Source: Octopus bimaculoides
Taxonomy: Eukaryota
Direction of reading: 5' to 3'
Assembly: GCF_001194135.2 (NCBI RefSeq)
Contig: NC_068982.1
Coordinates: 69,506,425-69,540,988 of the forward strand
DNA length: 34,564 nucleotides
Part shown: positions 11,867 to 22,194 of the stretch, piece by piece
Layout of the letters: each line of letters starts with the position of its first letter
Numbering within the stretch: position 1 is the first letter of the stretch
Notes under the pieces: model-generated
Database searches by the model: none
Told to the model about the DNA's origin: nothing
The model's input: only the letters and a program-made list of their open reading frames with translations
Position numbers and translations under genes: made by a program

Positions 11867-12197
11867 CAGACAGGCAAGCCATGTATTCATCTCTTCAGCA
11901 AGACACCTGCTCCTGTCCTTCTATCTTAGTTTGTTATCCCTCAATTCTGTACACAACTCAGTTGAAGGGGGTCTTATCTTATGAGTACTTAGAAATCTCA
12001 CCAGTGCTAGTTCCACATAAAAAGGACCTGGTACACTGTGTGAAGTGGTTGACATTAGGAAAGGCATCCTGTGGCAGAAACCATGCTAAAGCAGACATTA
12101 GAACATGGTACGGCCCACTGCCTCACTTTTTAACTTGAACCATCCAACCCATATCAGCATGGAAAAAAGGACATTAAATGATGATGATGATGATGAT
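11640..12197 (+). mobile_element. SINE family A with long pyrimidine-rich body, (TC)n and (GAT)n tail
   Basis: ccagtgctagttccacataaaaagg...aggaaaggcatcc...catccaacccatatcagcatggaaaaaaggacattaaatgatgatgat; the body is the reverse homologue of 31640-31800. Confidence 0.75.
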
Positions 12198-12379
12198 ATA
12201 TGGTTTTTAAAAACAAATTATGTTTCAGTTTTAGCTTTTATTAAAGAGTTTTGTGCTTCTGTATATGTTTTTCACTGTTTGAAACAATGAAGTTTCTAGA
12301 TCCATAATTGATGTTTCTTGACTTTCATAGCCTCACTATTAAGATACGATATATATTTGGATTCAGTATTACAACTTTT

Positions 12380-13080
12380 AGTGAGGGCTTTTGGCCTAGT
12401 GGTTATGGTATTGCACTCACAATCGTGAAGTCATGGTTTAAATTATCATACCCAAGCAATGCATTATGTTCTTGAGCAAAAGACTTCATTTCATGCTGCT
12501 CTGCAATCACTTAGACATCTCACTTGTGGCACACCATGCACCAATAGAGGTGTAGTGGCACGAAATTATAGCTGCCATTGAGGAAGTACTATTCTGCGCA
12601 TGCGCAGGGGACTTCACCACCAGAAGCCCCTCGAGTTGCGCATGCGTAGTAAAACTGGTACTTAAAGAGAGAGTTTCACTTTGTTAGCGAGTTGAGTGAG
12701 AGACCTTCGACGTGACAACACCTCGCTCCTCCACGAAGCACTCTTCACCACGATGCTATCGATATGATAGCTAATTGCTCCTCTGGCAGGCATCAAGGAA
12801 GCCCTTAACCTTCCAATACCAAACTACAACTTAATCAGAGGCTGCTAAGCTGAATGACAGGAATTGTGAAACCAAGCATCATCATAAATAAAACCTTTTT
12901 ATTATGTTGTTAATTGTTCTAATGTCTCTTCATATATAATGCTGTTAAAAGGTGATAGAGAGAGACTAAAGTCTCTATTACGACTATCTAACTTTTTACA
13001 GAGGCAATATCAATTTGATGAAGTGAGCAAGCTAATTTGATCACTATAAAGAAATCATCAATGCAGGTTATTCAGTAAGA
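12380..13080 (+). mobile_element. tRNA-derived SINE split by the solo LTR (12380-12550 plus 13001-13080)
   Basis: A-box-like ggcctagtggtta head and CORE-like gttcttgagcaa; SINE-like sequence resumes after the GAGG duplication. Confidence 0.65.
12551..13000 (+). mobile_element. Solo LTR, probably Ty3/Gypsy (450 bp)
   Basis: TGTA...TACA termini, 4-bp TSD GAGG on both sides (12547-12550, 13001-13004), AATAAA at 12887-12892, CpG-rich 5' half. Confidence 0.75.
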
Positions 13081-13889
13081 ACCTTATTCTGTTATCAATG
13101 ACAGGAGAGACCATCATTACCACTTTTAGAAAAGTCAAATCTATGTAGACATTACCATAAAAAACTTTTAACCATTAGGCGTCTACATCAACAGTCATGT
13201 GTTAATTCTGTTTCGTAGTAGTCAAATACTATGCTCTATGACTCAGAATGTTCACTTTTATAAAATTTGACATACTATTATTCTTTTATGTATTTCAGCT
13301 ATGCTTGATAAATTTGCTGGAGCACCACAATGGAAAATATAAACATAAACAGTCCAATTTACAGAGCAGCAGTTCACAAATTTTTTTTTAAACTACCACC
13401 CACTAACAAAAAATGAATAAAGAAAAGCAGGAAAAATAGAATAACCTAAAAATATATATGCACAGGTACATATGTACGCACATATCCATACATAAGTGCA
13501 AACATAACAGGCTGGATCTCAATCTTTGAGTCACAAAAGAAAAGTATGTATTGTCACAGAGATCAGCTTCTATAAACAGATTACAAATTCACATTTATAG
13601 CAATAATAATAGGCGCATTTGATTTTGTGTATAAATGCCTAAGTGATAATTTGGAAAGGCTAGGACTTTTCAGAAAAATCAACCAGCTAACATGCATATT
13701 ACAAATATAATCTGTAAATGGAACAGTAAAAATATGTAAAACTTTTCTTAAATTTAAAACGTGACATTGTTTTTGTTATCTACATTCCAAAGATGGAGCT
13801 TTGTATCATCATTAAACACCAGTTGCTTACAGGAAAACTCCAAATAATATCAGCAGTAGCCACTACTGTTATCCCATACACTACACAGT

Positions 13890-14520
13890 GTTCCTGCTGA
13901 ATGCCAAGAGCCTCATAATATTCCACCATAATATAAAACCCCATACCTGAGAGACCTAGTTACAAGTAATCAAGCAATATGCATAGCACTGACAGAAACA
14001 TATCTGACCACTATGCCTGATGAGTTCTTCAGCACCACTTCTCTACATTAAGGGATGATAATTATCAATTACATCAAAATGGGAATGCCCATTGATGAAA
14101 CGAGCTTAAACTCAGCCTCTGGGACTGATGGATTACCAGCAATCCTCATAAAAAAAATGTAAAAGGACCCTAGCAAGATTACAGCAAATCCTCTTTCAAA
14201 GCTTCCTTGCAAGTGGTGAAAATTAAAGGAGGGCATAATATGTGCTGTCTATAAAGGAGAAAGCAAAGCAGACGCTAAAAATTAAAGGTCCCATTAACTA
14301 TCTACAGTAAGGATCAGTTACTACAATACCTTGGGATTCAAAGGCTCACATCTTTTTAATATCTTGCTAAAAAAAACATGAAAGATCTATACAGAGTTGA
14401 GGGTAGATGATTTCAAGAAACACCTTGACCATGTTGCAGTCCAAAATCCTAGATGAACTTACATTATAGCAAGAAACTCAAAAGAGAGCAGCAGTATTAA
14501 ACTCTCTCCTTCACCAAGAG
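13890..14520 (+). mobile_element. CR1/L2-group LINE derivative with two large internal deletions
   Basis: Three abutting pieces: endonuclease start (FLLNAKSL...PYLRDLVTSNQAICIALTETYL), pre-RT (SASGTDGLPAILIKKCKRTLA...KEGIICAVYKGESKADAKN) and C-terminus (TVRISYYNTLGFKGSHLFNIL...). Confidence 0.7.
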
Positions 14521-14559
14521 CCAACCACATGGGACAAGATTAGTTTGAATTAGATGCAG

Positions 14560-15540
14560 TTTGGCTTTGTCTTAGGAAGAGATACAACTGATGCCATATT
14601 CGTAGTGAAACAATACCAGAGATGTACATAACAGGAGTGAGTACATATATCTAACAGTGAATGATCTGGATAGAATCCTTTGACAGAGTCCTTTACTCTG
14701 TGATATCAGTGGTTGCTAAGGAAACTAGGGCTAGATGAATGGCTTATGAGGACTGTACAAGCTGTGTACAAGGTAGCAGTGACCAAGGTGAGAGTCAGCA
14801 ATGCTATTTAGTGTGTAGGTAGAGGTCTGTCAAGGCTCAGTTCTCAGCCCTATTCTTGTTTATCTAAGCCATAACAGAAGAACTTAAGACTGGTTGCCTT
14901 TGGGAACTTCTGTATGCTGATGACTTAGCTCTTGTAGTAGAATCTGTAGAAGAACTGAAGCAGGAATGTCAGAGATGGAAGCAAAACCTGAAATCAAAGA
15001 ATCTTGCAGCACGCTTAGCAAAAACAAAAATTTTAGCAAGCAGAAAGGAAGATAGGAGCATCAAGGAGCAGGATGTATTCTGTTTACAGAAAAGAAACCA
15101 GTAGAAATTCTATTGAGGTGTCCTTAGTGTAAGTAATGGATACCCAAGAAGTGTAGTCAGATCACATGCAGGCTAACAGGGAAGTTAGGTTTCATATGCA
15201 CTGGGTGCAAAAAAGACAATAAGCACTAAGAGCACTTGGAAAATAGATTCCCCTCAAATATCCCAAGAAGTAAATAGCTTTTGTTACCTGAGTGACCTAA
15301 TTAGCAGTGAAAGCTGCTGTTGTTCTGAAAGTGTGGTAGCTAGAATAAGAATGGGAAGGAGAAAGTTCAGAGTACTATTATTCCTGATAGCAACAAAGGC
15401 CTTCTCTCTCAAAGTCCAGAGTAGATTGTATGATGCTTGTGTGTGAAGAACATTGCTGCATGGTAATAAGGTTTTGAGTGTGGAGGACTTGCAAAGGCTA
15501 GAAATAAATGAGGACCATGTCAACTGGTAATATATGGCAC
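14560..15540 (+). mobile_element. RTE LINE remnant, RT domain to C-terminal region
   Basis: GRDTTDAIFVVKQ, GCLWELLYADDLALVVE (YADD near 14910), SRLYDACV; several stops. Confidence 0.85.
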
Positions 15541-15714
15541 TACAGAAAATTTTGCATCTGTGCAATCTCAGCAAAATGTTCATTAAAACAGTAAGATAAT
15601 GTACATACCACCCACATCACCTATTCTATACCCTCACCCACCCCAACTTTTCTCAGCCATTGTACATATTCTACTTGCACATCTTCCTATTATCTCTTGT
15701 TCATCATATTGAAC

Positions 15715-15860
15715 AACCCATAATTGAGAGCCAAAACCACCTACAAAGCTTTGATCACAGCCCAAGGCAACAGTAGGAGACACTTGCCCAAGATGCTGTT
15801 CAGAGATCCCCAAACTATATGAATGCCAAGCAAACTACTTAATCACACTACCATGTTCAT
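15715..15860 (-). mobile_element. SINE family B fragment
   Basis: acctacaaagctttgatcacagcccaaggcaacagtaggagacacttgcccaag...caaactacttaatcacac. Confidence 0.65.
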
Positions 15861-15934
15861 GCTCATGGCCATGCCTGCACTGTGTCATTGCAGTCCAATT
15901 CAATTCTTCAAGGAAACACTTCTTACTCATGTGT

Positions 15935-16200
15935 TTAATTTTGGAATGGTTTCTATGGGTGGCTGCCTTTCCTGACATTAATCACTTTATAGGATGTACT
16001 GGGTGTATTTTATTATAGTACGAACACTAGAGAGGCTGCCATAACTTCAACAGAACAAAACTAATAAGGTTTCTCAACTCTATGTTGTGTTCATTTCTTC
16101 AATCACTTTCCAGAATGTACTTGGTGTATTATTTTATTATGGCACCAGCATTAGTAAGGTTGTCTTGTACTCTGCAAGACAAAAGGAGTCTTCACCACTG
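15935..16200 (-). mobile_element. Degenerate SINE family A copies
   Basis: ggtttctatgggtggctgcctttcctgacattaatcact...gtactgggtg and ggcaccagcattagtaaggttgtc. Confidence 0.5.
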
Positions 16201-16648
16201 CACATGTCTCATTTCAAGCAATGTGGTCAATGGTGGACAGAAGGGAGTGTAACTGTTGCAGAAAAAAATAAAGTGGAAAGAAGAAAGGAGTGTCTGGTGG
16301 CAGGGACATAGAAATATGGGATAACAGTGTAGAAGAAGGGTGAAATGTGAGAGATAGTGCTATAAGGGATGTAATGAGAGATGGTAGTTGCAGAATATAG
16401 TGGGAGAGAGAGCTAGTGATGGATAATCACACAAATAGTCAGTAAGAAAGTGTGAGGGATATCGATAATGAATGACCTGCACAAGAGGGGAGAGGAAGAA
16501 GTGGGTAGCAGTATAGATAGATAATGTTAGTTGATAAAAGAGAGTGTAAATGCCAGATAGTGAGATGATAATAAGCAATATTAATTAAGAATGGTTAATA
16601 TGTTAATTAACACTCAAAGAGCAAAGGTAGAAGCGTTGAAATATTTAC

Positions 16649-16781
16649 TATTTTTCTCATCTTTAGAAAGATCTTGGAGATGTAATACATGTCTCCGAGG
16701 TAAAAGCATCGTTTCATAAGGCCACACAGCCCAAAAAGGGACAAGCCAAACCCAGTGGTCATTGCACAGTACAACTCTCAG
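16649..16781 (-). CDS. GALT: GALT exon equivalent to human exon 8 (133 nt)
   Basis: TTCATAG|CTG AGA...AAA AAT A|GTAAAT; [44 protein letters not shown](S). Confidence 0.97.
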
Positions 16782-17236
16782 CTATGAAAAAAAACCAAAA
16801 AAAAAACAGATAAAATAGATAAATGAATACTATGAAAGCATTACAAAATAATCATTTTCATTACACACACTAATATAGATATGACCATATTCTCTCCTCG
16901 TTAACCTTCTATATATGTCATCTACAAACAATCTACACAGATGTCAAACATTCATTACTCTCCCAATAGTGACATCACAATCTAGTCTTCTCGAACAATG
17001 TAAACACACAATCAAGCAAACGGTTTTGCATTACATTTTCCCTCATCATCACAGCACAGGTGCTTTAGATGTGACACCAACATGGGTACTTTACACATGG
17101 CAAAGGCATGGGTGCTTTATACATGGCCTCAATTGGTGCTTTTCTACATAGCACTGGCAGAGCTGCTTTTTATATGACACCAGCACCTATAAGACCTCTC
17201 CACATGCCTGCGCATGCGCACACACACACATATAAT

Positions 17237-17412
17237 TAAGGCGGTGAGCTGGCAGAATCATTAGCATACCAGACACAAAATGCACAGTGGAATTTCATCT
17301 GTCTTTATGTTCTGCATTCAAATTCCACTGAGGTCAACTTTGCCTTTCATCCTTTTGAGGTCAATAAAATAAGTACCAGTTGAGCACTGGGGTTGATGTA
17401 ATTGACTATCCC
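17237..17412 (+). mobile_element. tRNA-head SINE with Nin/Deu-like central domain
   Basis: ggcggtgagctggcagaa head; ggtcaactttgcctttcatccttttgaggtcaataaaataagtaccagttgagcactggggttgatgtaattgact resembles the Nin/Deu domain as I recall it. Confidence 0.65.
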
Positions 17413-17484
17413 TATGTTAGAAAGGACTGGTATGTATATAATTTATGTGTGTTTGTATGTGTTTGTGTACACCTACGCTTCACA

Positions 17485-17636
17485 TCACATTATAGATATA
17501 AACAAGTGTCACCATCATACAAGTGATGTTCTTTGTTGCCAGTCTTCTGTGAAAACATGTCTGGCCATGGAAAAAAATTACCTTACTTCAAAACAAGCGA
17601 GGACTGATGACAGGAAGGGAATCTGGCTGTAGAAGT
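17485..17636 (+). mobile_element. SINE family A fragment
   Basis: ttaccttacttcaaaacaagcgaggactgatgacaggaagggaatctggctgtagaa. Confidence 0.6.
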
Positions 17637-18375
17637 TCTATTTATTTAAAGTTATTGATATGAAAAAGATTATTTAAAGTAACTAATAAAAAGTGTTCTT
17701 TATTTATTTAGTTTATAATTTCGTTATAAATATGAAGAGAAAAACCTAACAAAAATGTTCTTTCTTTACTTAATTTATCATAGGGAGAATTCCATAATAA
17801 ATATAAAGATAAAATTAGAGTTACAATCACTAAAACCTAAATTACCCCATAGATATCGAGTGAGGCTATAATAATGGATATCAAAATATTACTAATTTTT
17901 TAGAAGTAACCAAATTTGAAGCTAATTAAATAAGGATTATTATTCATATATTATGGAAGAGAGAACTCAGTAAATAAAAATTAAATAATATAAACAAAAA
18001 CAAGGATTGAGTACCAATCCTTGATAAATATAATTAATATTATTATTTTTTTATATTAAGGACTATAAATAGTATATATCCAAATTTTATCAATTCTTTC
18101 AAAAGTAACAAAATAATATTGTTGTAATAAGAATACAAGTTATAAACTATACAATACTATAATAATTATTATTGTGGTTATTAAATTTAGTTAGTAAGTC
18201 AAATAAAACTAGTCATTTATTATTATTATCATAATCATCATCATCATCATCACCACTAATTAATTAATAAATTAAATGAATGTATTTATACAAATAATTA
18301 TTTAGTATAATGAAGACATCTTATTTGTAATATGTAACTAATATTAATTACTAATATATCGAAATCGAGTTAAAT

Positions 18376-19225
18376 TGGACACTAAACTCCACTTGCGAAG
18401 ACCTGTTGAGGCAAGTGAAATCGAAATCGAGTTAAATTCGACGACTGGCACCCATGCCAACATTATCTCCTTCATTGGACACGAAACTCAGCTTGCGAAG
18501 ACTTATTGGGGCAAGCGAGAGCGAAATTGTGATGGCACCTGTGCCCAGCGACGCCTTTCTGGCACTTGTGCCCGCGGCATGTCTAAGGACTTTTGAGTGA
18601 GATCGTTGCCAGTGCCCCTGGACTGGCTCTTGTGCGGGTGGCACATAAAATACACCATCTTGAGCGTGGCTGTTGCCAGTACCGCCTGACTGGCCTTCAT
18701 GCGGGTGACACGTAAAAGCACCCACTACACTCTCTGAGTGGTTGGTGTTAGGAAGGGCATCCAGCTGTAGAAACTCTGCCANNNNNNNNNNCAACATTAT
18801 CTCCTTCATTGGACACGAAACTCAGCTTGCGAAGACTTATTGGGGCAAGCGAGAGCGAAATTGTGATGGCACCTGTGCCCAGCGACGCCTTTCTGGCACT
18901 TGTGCCCGCGGCATGTCTAAGGACTTTTGAGTGAGATCGTTGCCAGTGCCCCTGGACTGGCTCTTGTGCAGGTGGCACATAAAATACACCATCTTGAGCG
19001 TGGCTGTTGCCAGTACCGCCTGACTGGCCTTCATGCGGGTGACACGTAAAAGCACCCACTACACTCTCTGAGTGGTTGGTGTTAGGAAGGGCATCCAGCT
19101 GTAGAAACTCTGCCAAATCAGATTGGAGCCTGGTGTAGCCATCTGGTTTCACCAGTCCTCAGTCAAATCATCCAACCCATGCTAGCATGGAAAGTGGATG
19201 TTAAACGACGATGACGACGACGACG
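18376..19225 (+). mobile_element. Young SINE family A copy (CpG-rich), containing a false duplication around the 10-N gap at 18782-18791
   Basis: Intact aaaagcacc...gttaggaagggcatccagctgtagaaac...catccaacccatgctagcatggaaagtggatgttaaacgacgatgacgacg. 18458-18781 repeats at 18792-19115 with one difference noticed (G18636/A18970). Confidence 0.88.
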
Positions 19226-19384
19226 AATATAATGAAGTATTTTAATTCTGAATTAATCCACTAAAAAATCAATTTTCCAAATTCAACATTATTATATAGA
19301 TTAAGATGACAAAACTTAAAGATATATATACACACATACATACTTTGTATTATATTATACTTATTTATCGTGCATTTATAATAT

Positions 19385-20140
19385 AGTCTTTTTCTCATAA
19401 CACCATGTACTACCTTGTTAGATTTAATTAATTTTGGCTTACTGACATATTTCCATGTTTTTTCATTTATAATGCTGATATCACTACTAGTGTCCAATTG
19501 CATTTTAACACATGTATTTCTGATTTTCATCTTCATGAATTTTCTCATGGTTATATTGCCAATTTCTTCCAATGACATACTATTTATTCTTCTTCCTTTG
19601 TTCTGACATTTTATCACCTTCATTCTACAGTGCATCTTTATATCTCCAATATTACCACAATGAAAGCACTCCACTTTCTTAGATGGACAATTTTTCCTCA
19701 GGTGTATCCCACCACATGCAAAACATGGGTTTATTTCTTGATTTTTGTCGTGTTTTTTAGAAAACACTTCATCTCTATTCTGACTATTTTGCACTTGTTT
19801 TACTTGGAAACAATCTTTTCATTTGATTTCCTCTGTATCACATCTTAATTTGACTAGCCTTTCACATTCTTTTGACACTTGCAGTAAGGTTACATTCTGG
19901 TTTTGTTCCAGATTTGCAAGAATTCTAGTTTTAACTTCTGCGTCCTTTACAGCAGTAAGTCCTTGTGTAAAAATCAGGCATCTGAACATATCTGGCATTA
20001 ATTCATCTAGCAACTTCTGGCATTCCCTGTTTACTCTACCAGCATATGTGATGTAGTCCATGTTGCTTTTCTGTATGTTCAAACACTTCCAACGTGTGTT
20101 GAACAATGAGCTTTTATCACTGAAAACTTTACACATTAAA
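19385..20140 (-). mobile_element. Ty3/Gypsy gag-protease fragment, degraded
   Basis: CLIFTQGL...AEVKTRIL gag region, two zinc knuckles CFACGGIHLRKNC and CFHCGNIGDIKMHC (H lost), and protease motif MQLDTSSDISII. Confidence 0.85.
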
Positions 20141-20149
20141 TCTATTCCT

Positions 20150-20480
20150 TTATGTGTTTCAGTCATTTGACTGCAGCCATGCTGGAGCACTGCCTTTAGT
20201 CAAGCAAATTGACCCCAGGACTTATTCTTTGTAAGCCTAGTACTTACTCTATTCGTCTTTTTTGCCAAACCGGTAAGTTACAGAGACGTAAACACACCAC
20301 TATCAGTTGTCAAGCAATGTTGGGGGAACAAACACAGATACACAAACACACACACACACGCATATATATGACAGGCTTCTTTCAATTTCTGTCTACCAAA
20401 TCCACTCACAAGGCTTTGGTTTGCCTGAGGCTATAGTAAAAGACACTTGCCCAAGGTGCCATGAGTGGGACTGAACCCAG
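20150..20480 (-). mobile_element. SINE family B, 5'-truncated
   Basis: Homologous to 7096-7510, with a short internal (CA)n(TA)n. Confidence 0.85.
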
Positions 20481-20530
20481 AAATTTTCCATAATCTTTAC
20501 AATTTTTCTTTTCATAAAATTCACAAACTT

Positions 20531-20670
20531 TGTGAGTTTGTTAGCTCTTTGTGAGTTGTTAATTCCTAGTCGGGTTTATTAGTTTCTCATGAGTTGTTTA
20601 AATCCTTGTTGAGTTTATTAATTCCTCATGAGTTGTTTAAATCTTTGTCGAGTTTATTAATTCCTTGTTG
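20531..20670. repeat. Degenerate minisatellite, 39-bp period built from ~19-20-bp subunits
   Basis: catgagttgtttaaatccttgttgagtttattaattcct (20588-20626) repeats at 20627-20665 with 2 differences. Confidence 0.8.
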
Positions 20671-21034
20671 TCACTGTTATAATCCTTAAAATGTTGGATT
20701 GTTATATTGCCCACTTTGTTATACAGTATACTTAGTAAAACCAGTAAAGACACGACTATCTCTGACTGCCTACTACGTACTCCAGTACTTCACGCACTTT
20801 TCTTTACTTATAGTGACTAGGTTACTCCATTTGTCATGTGGGAGGGGTGTACCATTATTACTAATTTCCCACAACACCTATATTCCACCAAAAATTGTGA
20901 TATCTATAACCAGCTATACAAAAGATAGATTGCATGATATATTGCAAAAGTGTAATATTATGTGGCAGTTGTTAATAAGTTATGACTGCAGCAGAGGACT
21001 GCACTAATTGAATAGTTGTATTTACCAGACCAGC

Positions 21035-21830
21035 ATCATTATCACCATCCTCATCATTTAATATCTAGGTTCCATGTTGGCATGGGTTGGCTGGTTTGAC
21101 AAGGTCTGACAAATCAAAGGACTGCATTCTGTACCAATGTCTTCTTCAGCTTGGTTTCTTCTGTTGGATGCCCTTCCTAACACCAGAGTATACAGGGTGC
21201 CTTTTTCATAGCACAACTACTAATGATGATCACTTTGTAACTTACAAGGTTAACGTTCTAAAGCAGCCCTTATAATTGAGGGAGAGTGAAAGAGAGAGTG
21301 GACAATGATCTAGAATAGAAGGATGAGGTAATGGTAAGTAAGAGGGGAGGATGGGAGAGTATGGTAGGGAACAGGAGAGAGGGAAAGAATTAGTAAGAAG
21401 GTTGAGAAAAAGGTAGGGATAGAGTTGAAAAGGTGATAGGGTGTGTTGTGTAAGAGCAGGGGTCCGAGGGTTATCCAATCTTATAAGGAACAGAACAACT
21501 ATGAGGGAAAGGGGACAGGAAGAAAGTGATAGAATAAGGTGGAGAAGAATCCTGGGGGAGTCACTGAGAGAAATGAAGTGTGTGAGAATGCAGGTAAGTT
21601 AGAGGAGAAATGCTGAAAAGGGATGTTGAAGTTTTGAGGAGGCTGAGAAGCTATGGGAATGGGGGAGGGGACAATGAGAGAAAAGGAGGAAGAGGGGTGG
21701 AAAGGGTACCAAAGAGATAGGAATAAGAGAAGTAGTAGAGCAGAACATGAACGTTGTGAAATCTTCATTGATAGAGAGGCATTAGAGAGGAAGGGAGATC
21801 TTGTTGTATGACTCTGTCATGAAGTATTTT
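21035..21830 (-). mobile_element. SINE family A 3' module with long purine/pyrimidine-biased body
   Basis: catcattatcaccatc...ggatgcccttcctaacacc; the body at 21290-21520 is homologous to 33165-33395. Confidence 0.65.
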
Positions 21831-21981
21831 GTAGCGTGGGCAGTAAGTAGTATGTCAGGTAGTTTATGATGATAACGGTAATTAATAGCAATATGAATGA
21901 TTATATTGATGACAATTATTCATATTCATGATTTTGTAAACACCAATACATTTTCACTGATTAACTTAACCCTATGTTTAC

Positions 21982-22104
21982 CTTGGCATCAAGTTCCCGT
22001 TTGACATAATCTACCAGCATGGGTGATCCATGTTTATTGAAATATTTCCTCTGAGTATTATCTTTAACAGCTGGTTCATTTGGAATGAAGGAACTTGCCC
22101 AAAC
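21982..22104 (-). CDS. GALT: GALT exon equivalent to human exon 7 (123 nt)
   Basis: TCACAG|GTT TGG GCA...GCC AAG|GTAAAC; VWASSFIPNEPAVKDNTQRKYFNKHGSPMLVDYVKRELDAK. Confidence 0.97.
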
Positions 22105-22194
22105 CTGTGAATGAATAATAATATATCAAACAATATTTCAATAATCAATAAAGCAAAAAAGAAAAGAAAAACAAATAAATCATTGATCTAATAA

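Noticed and set aside
12380-12460. tRNA gene (also 7480-7558 and 17237-17320)
   Set aside because: These are tRNA-derived SINE heads that run into SINE bodies and do not fold into complete cloverleaves.
12551-12828. Shorter solo LTR ending at the internal ACTACA
   Set aside because: No TSD at that end. The TACA|GAGG end at 13000 restores a 4-bp TSD, includes the poly(A) signal and rejoins the split SINE.
15284-15583. Minus-strand ORFs of 64-103 aa (also 9034-9345, 11119-11637)
   Set aside because: They are antisense frames of RTE remnants.
17640-18357. NUMT
   Set aside because: Translation with the invertebrate mitochondrial code gave no recognisable mitochondrial protein, tRNA or rRNA. 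Kept only as a low-interest unknown.
18397-18427. Hammerhead ribozyme (CTGTTGA...GAAA)
   Set aside because: The core has U in place of the conserved A6, no stems I or III could be built, and the second unit lacks the motif.
18432-19152. Duplicated 125-134 aa ORFs, with a homologue at 32348-32770, as a novel gene family
   Set aside because: They are chance open frames in a young SINE family, and one copy is an assembly duplicate.
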